Shown: positions 60,281 to 64,000 of the stretch, piece by piece
How the letters are laid out: the number at the start of each line of letters is the position of its first letter
Numbering within the stretch: the stretch's first letter is position 1
From: Patescibacteria group bacterium
GTDB lineage: Bacteria; Patescibacteriota; Patescibacteriia; XYB2-FULL-38-15
Reading direction: 5' to 3'
DNA: 64,000 nt
NCBI GenBank assembly: GCA_041650995.1
Contig: JBAZJZ010000003.1
Coordinates: 22,662 to 86,661, forward strand
Program-made: the position numbers and the translations under genes
Notes under the pieces: generated by a model
The model's input: only the letters and a program-made list of their open reading frames with translations
Told to the model about the DNA's origin: nothing
Database searches by the model: none

Positions 60281-62665
60281 ATGAATAAAAATAAAAAATT
60301 AATTCTCTGGTTTAACGAGATAAATATTAAAGATATCGGATTGGTCGGAGGAAAGAATGCGTCGCTCGGCGAGATGTACCAAAATTTAGAATCAAAAAAG
60401 ATTGCCATCCCAAATGGTTTTGCCATAACTGCCTATGCTTTTAGGCAGTTTTTGGAATTTAATAATTTAGAAAAGAAAATTGAGGATTTGCTTTCTACTG
60501 CCGATTCGGGAAGTATTAAAAATCTTCTCGCTGCCGGACATCAAATCAGAAATTTGATTATTAAGGGAAAACTTCCCCGTGTTCTTGTTTCCGAAATTAG
60601 TCACGCGTATAAAAAATTAACCGGGCGGGGCGGCTCGGGAGTGGCAGTTCGTTCTTCGGCTACGGCAGAGGATTTGCCTGTGGCTTCATTTGCCGGCCAG
60701 TTGGAAAGTTTTTTAAATATAAATGGAAAAAATCTTCCAGAGGTTGTTAAAAAATGTTTTGCCTCCCTTTATACGGACCGCGCCATAGCCTATTCTGTTA
60801 GCCATAAATTTAATCACGCGGAAATATCAATTTCTGTTGGAGTTCAAAGAATGGTTCGTTCGGATTTGGCTTCCGCGGGGGTAATTTTTACTTTGGACAC
60901 AGAAACTGGATTTAGAGACGCGATTTTGGTGAGTGCCGGCCTTGGGCTTGGAGAAAATGTTGTAAAAGGAAGAATTATTCCCGATCAGTATTATATTTTT
61001 AAACCGACCCTGCGGAAAGGTTTTCTGCCGTTAATCGGTAAAAATTTAGGAGCGAAAGAATTAAAATTAATTTATGGGAAAGCCGGCGCGTCCACGATTA
61101 ATTTGAAAACTAGCGCCCGGGAAAGAGAAAAATTTGCGCTTACCGATAATGAGGTTTTGGAGTTAGCCCGCTGGGCGGAAATTATTGAACATCATTATAA
61201 AAAACCAATGGATATAGAGTGGGCTAAAGATGGAATAGAAAATAAATTATATATTGTCCAGGCGCGTCCGGAAACTGTCCACGCGGAAAAAAACGGTAAA
61301 ATTTTAGAAGAATATAATTTAGAAAGAAAAAGTGAAGTGCTTTTGACTGGCACGGCGATTGGCACAAAAATCGGTAAGGGTTGGGTTAAAATTTTAGGAA
61401 GTATCAAAGAGATTGATAAATTTAAGGATGGCGAAGTGCTCGTTACCCAAATGACCGATCCGGATTGGGTGCCGATTATGAAAAAGGCAAGCGCTATTAT
61501 TACCGAATCCGGTGGTCGGACATGCCACGCCGCGATTGTTTCCCGCGAACTCGGCGTTCCTTGCGTGGTGGGCGCCGTCCGGGCGTGCGAGATTTTGAAA
61601 AATGGCCAGGGAGCCACGGTCAGTTGCGCCGAGGGAGAAGAAGGAAAGATTTATCAAGGTCTTTTACCGGTAAAGATTAAAAAAATTGATTTAGAAAAAA
61701 TTAAGCGGCCAAAAACAAAGATTATGATGAATGTTGGCGAACCTGAAAGGGCATTTGATTTTTCTTTTATCCCAAACGACGGAGTTGGTTTGGCTCGCGA
61801 AGAATTTATTATTTCCAATTATATCAAGATACATCCGCTTGCGCTGTTAAAAGTTAAAAATTTAAAATTAAAAGATCAAAGAATAATTGAGAGATTAACT
61901 TACGGATATAAAAATAAAACAAAATTTTTCGTTGATAAATTGGCCGAGGGCGTCGGCCGTATCGCCGCGGCGTTTTATCCGAAGCCGGTCATTGTTCGTT
62001 TTTCCGATTTTAAATCTAATGAATACGCCGGTCTTGTTGGCGGCGCGGAATTTGAGCCGAAGGAATCCAACCCCATGATGGGTTGGCGCGGCGCTACGCG
62101 TTATTTTGATAAAAATTATAAAAAAGCTTTTGCCCTGGAATGCGAGGCAATCAAAAAAGTTCGTAAGATTTTTGGATTAGATAATATTATTGTAATGGTT
62201 CCTTTTTGTCGAACCGTTTCTGGCGGGAAAAGAGTTGTTTCTCTCATTAAGGAATCTGGTTTGGGAAAATCTCCAAAATTAAAGCCATTAAAAATTTATA
62301 TGATGGTAGAAATACCCTCTAATGTTATTTTAGCCGATCAATTTGCTAAAGTTTTTGATGGATTTAGCATAGGCTCAAATGATTTAACGCAATTAATTTT
62401 GGGTGTTGATCGCGATTCGGAATTGGTTAGTCATCTTTTTGATGAAAGAAATGAGGCAGTAAAAAGGGCAATCCGGCAAGTAATTCAAGTAGCGCACAAA
62501 AGTAAGGTTAAAATTGGCATTTGCGGTCAAGCGCCGTCGGATTTTCCAGACTTTGCTGAGTTTTTGGTAAAAAATAAAATTGATAGTATTTCCCTAAATC
62601 CCGACTCAGTTTTAAAAACAACTTTAAGAATTTTAGAAACAGAGAAAAAATTAAAACATAAATAG
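60281..62665 (+). CDS. ppsA: phosphoenolpyruvate synthase
   Basis: VGGKNASLGEM, RSSATAED, GGRTCHAAI, SIGSNDL, ICGQAPSD. Confidence 0.96.
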   Translation: MNKNKKLILWFNEINIKDIGLVGGKNASLGEMYQNLESKKIAIPNGFAITAYAFRQFLEFNNLEKKIEDLLSTADSGSIKNLLAAGHQIRNLIIKGKLPRVLVSEISHAYKKLTGRGGSGVAVRSSATAEDLPVASFAGQLESFLNINGKNLPEVVKKCFASLYTDRAIAYSVSHKFNHAEISISVGVQRMVRSDLASAGVIFTLDTETGFRDAILVSAGLGLGENVVKGRIIPDQYYIFKPTLRKGFLPLIGKNLGAKELKLIYGKAGASTINLKTSAREREKFALTDNEVLELARWAEIIEHHYKKPMDIEWAKDGIENKLYIVQARPETVHAEKNGKILEEYNLERKSEVLLTGTAIGTKIGKGWVKILGSIKEIDKFKDGEVLVTQMTDPDWVPIMKKASAIITESGGRTCHAAIVSRELGVPCVVGAVRACEILKNGQGATVSCAEGEEGKIYQGLLPVKIKKIDLEKIKRPKTKIMMNVGEPERAFDFSFIPNDGVGLAREEFIISNYIKIHPLALLKVKNLKLKDQRIIERLTYGYKNKTKFFVDKLAEGVGRIAAAFYPKPVIVRFSDFKSNEYAGLVGGAEFEPKESNPMMGWRGATRYFDKNYKKAFALECEAIKKVRKIFGLDNIIVMVPFCRTVSGGKRVVSLIKESGLGKSPKLKPLKIYMMVEIPSNVILADQFAKVFDGFSIGSNDLTQLILGVDRDSELVSHLFDERNEAVKRAIRQVIQVAHKSKVKIGICGQAPSDFPDFAEFLVKNKIDSISLNPDSVLKTTLRILETEKKLKHK

Positions 62666-62788
62666 GAAAGACTTGACAGTAACCGAAGATTACGGTAAGA
62701 TGAAAATCGGTTGCTGTTTTTGTTTTGGCTCATACTGAGGGATGGGTCAAGCGGCCAAGAAGCCGTGAGAAAGGAGAGAAGGGAAGGA

Positions 62789-63007
62789 ATGGTGAATTCG
62801 CAATTGGGATGGAAAGTGGTCGTGCGAGATTCTGCAGGGGATATCCTGAAGGTGCACCGTCGCCTTTCGAAGGAGAAGGCGGAAGAGAAGAGGAGGCGCG
62901 CTCTGAAGCGTGGCTGCAAGGTCGAGATGACGGAAGAGCACCACGGCCGTTTCCGGCGGAGCGAGTCGTACGTCAACCGCCATCCCAAGGCGAGGCGGGC
63001 GGCCTAG
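62789..63007 (+). CDS. small basic orphan protein (cassette F)
   Basis: TTGACA-17-TAAGAT promoter at 62673, purine-rich SD leader, GC-rich codons. Confidence 0.6.
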   Translation: MVNSQLGWKVVVRDSAGDILKVHRRLSKEKAEEKRRRALKRGCKVEMTEEHHGRFRRSESYVNRHPKARRAA

Positions 63008-63175
63008 CCAGAAAGCGGGACAAGAACAACTAAAACCAAGACCCCGTTGCAAAAAGGGTGAATAACTCAATTGCCGGGGTCACTTTTATATCCAAAAGAC
63101 ATTGACAGATAAAATTTTTATTGGTAAAGTTATATAAATCAAGAGTATTTTATTTTTGATTTTTTATATAAAGAT

Positions 63176-63233
63176 GGGTCCGTGGTGTAGTCCGGTCTAA
63201 CACGCCCCGCAGTACTGCGGGGAGATCGAGGGT
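63176..63233 (+). pseudogene. 5' pseudo-copy of tRNA-Asp with the anticodon arm replaced by a palindrome
   Basis: first 29 nt identical to tRNA-Asp, then CCCCGCAGTACTGCGGGG, then AGATCGAGGGT as in the tRNA. Confidence 0.85.
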
Positions 63234-63405
63234 ATGAAATATTTTGTTTAGGTGTTACAAAATAAAGAGGGAAGATATTATGTGGGCTTTACGAATGATA
63301 GATAGTTCAATTATTGCCAAAAGACGTGAAAGTGAAATAAAAAAGAAAAAGAGAAAAACGTATATAGATTGGTTAATAAATAAAAATCTTGGGTCCGTGG
63401 TGTAG
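63234..63405 (+). pseudogene. GIY-YIG nuclease remnant
   Basis: MKYFV*VLQNKEGRYYVGFTND, then after a frameshifting deletion DSSIIAKRRESEIKKKKRKTYIDWLINKN. Confidence 0.75.
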
Positions 63406-63469
63406 TCCGGTCTAACACGTCTCCCTGTCACGGAGAAGATCGAGGGTTCAAATCCCTTCGGACCCGCCA
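63391..63469 (+). tRNA. tRNA-Asp(GTC), CCA encoded
   Basis: TCTCC-CTGTCAC-GGAGA, GGTTCAAATCC, GCCA end. Confidence 0.95.
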
Positions 63470-63484
63470 TTAAATTAAAAAGAT

Positions 63485-64000
63485 ATGGCTAAATCTCGCA
63501 AAAAGTCCGCCGCCGAATCATTTGAATTTGGAAATTTAGGTGATCTTGAGGCGAAGAGGCGAGCGGCCAGACGAGAAAGAAAAAATCTAGAAAAATCACC
63601 TAAAGAGGCGAAAGACTGGAGAGAAGAGTTGGCAGAGGTGGGCGGCAAAGAATTGGTGGAAAAAAGAAGAAGGGGAAAAGCCCGGGAAGCGGCGATATAT
63701 TCTAATTTACGAACCAAGTATGACCAGGGAATTCTAAGTAAGGAAGCCCTGGTTGATTTTTTAGAAAGATTTCCTTCGCCGGAAGAATACGAAGCCCATG
63801 AAAGACTCGCTGAAGCTATCCGGGAGGGAGAGGTGAAGGCAGACATTGCAGATTTGAAAAGAGATCCGGCGGAAACATCCCGTACGAGAACCATAACCCA
63901 AAGAATAAGAGCGCCGAAAGAAGGAAGATGGGTTGATGAGAAAAAAAATGTGGAGGTAATACGAAGGTCGGGGATCGTTGTCCCGACCGGTACAAAAGCA
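63485..64000 (+). CDS. hypothetical charged protein, runs off the window end
   Basis: MAKSRKKSAAESFEFG..; no stop seen before 64000. Confidence 0.7.
   Translation, partial: MAKSRKKSAAESFEFGNLGDLEAKRRAARRERKNLEKSPKEAKDWREELAEVGGKELVEKRRRGKAREAAIYSNLRTKYDQGILSKEALVDFLERFPSPEEYEAHERLAEAIREGEVKADIADLKRDPAETSRTRTITQRIRAPKEGRWVDEKKNVEVIRRSGIVVPTGTKA

Noticed and set aside
63255-63894. minus-strand ORFs 63255-63470 and 63475-63894
   Set aside because: Antisense to tRNA-Asp/GIY-YIG remnant and to the plus-strand ORF starting at 63485.

Overview
64 kb of an AT-rich bacterial chromosome (standard code 11). The gene content suggests Patescibacteria/CPR, Parcubacteria-like; this is an inference from DUF4012, CPR-type membrane proteins, mostly SD-less housekeeping genes and heptamer repeats. 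The housekeeping backbone carries trpS, rnpB, a cell-surface glycosylation cluster, femABX, ruvA, nif3, ileS, valS-tyrS-argS, nusA, yidC, groESL, pyk, ppsA and six tRNAs. An accessory region (about 19-41.5 kb) holds an ECF sigma/anti-sigma pair, a type IIG R-M enzyme followed by TcmP and a radical SAM protein, surface proteins including an M23-MopE-repeat protein, and an anaerobe-type oxygen-defence cluster. Most unusual: (1) a decayed GIY-YIG nuclease between tRNA-Asp and a pseudo-tRNA-Asp whose anticodon arm is replaced by a palindrome that recurs in RNase P RNA; (2) a YegP mRNA whose 5' and 3' ends form a 22-bp helix in which every DNA mismatch is a G.U pair; (3) several self-contained, GC-rich, SD-led orphan cassettes, one with three tandem paralogs; (4) in-frame foreign inserts in TyrS and a glycosyltransferase. 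All calls were made by eye; no database searches were run.
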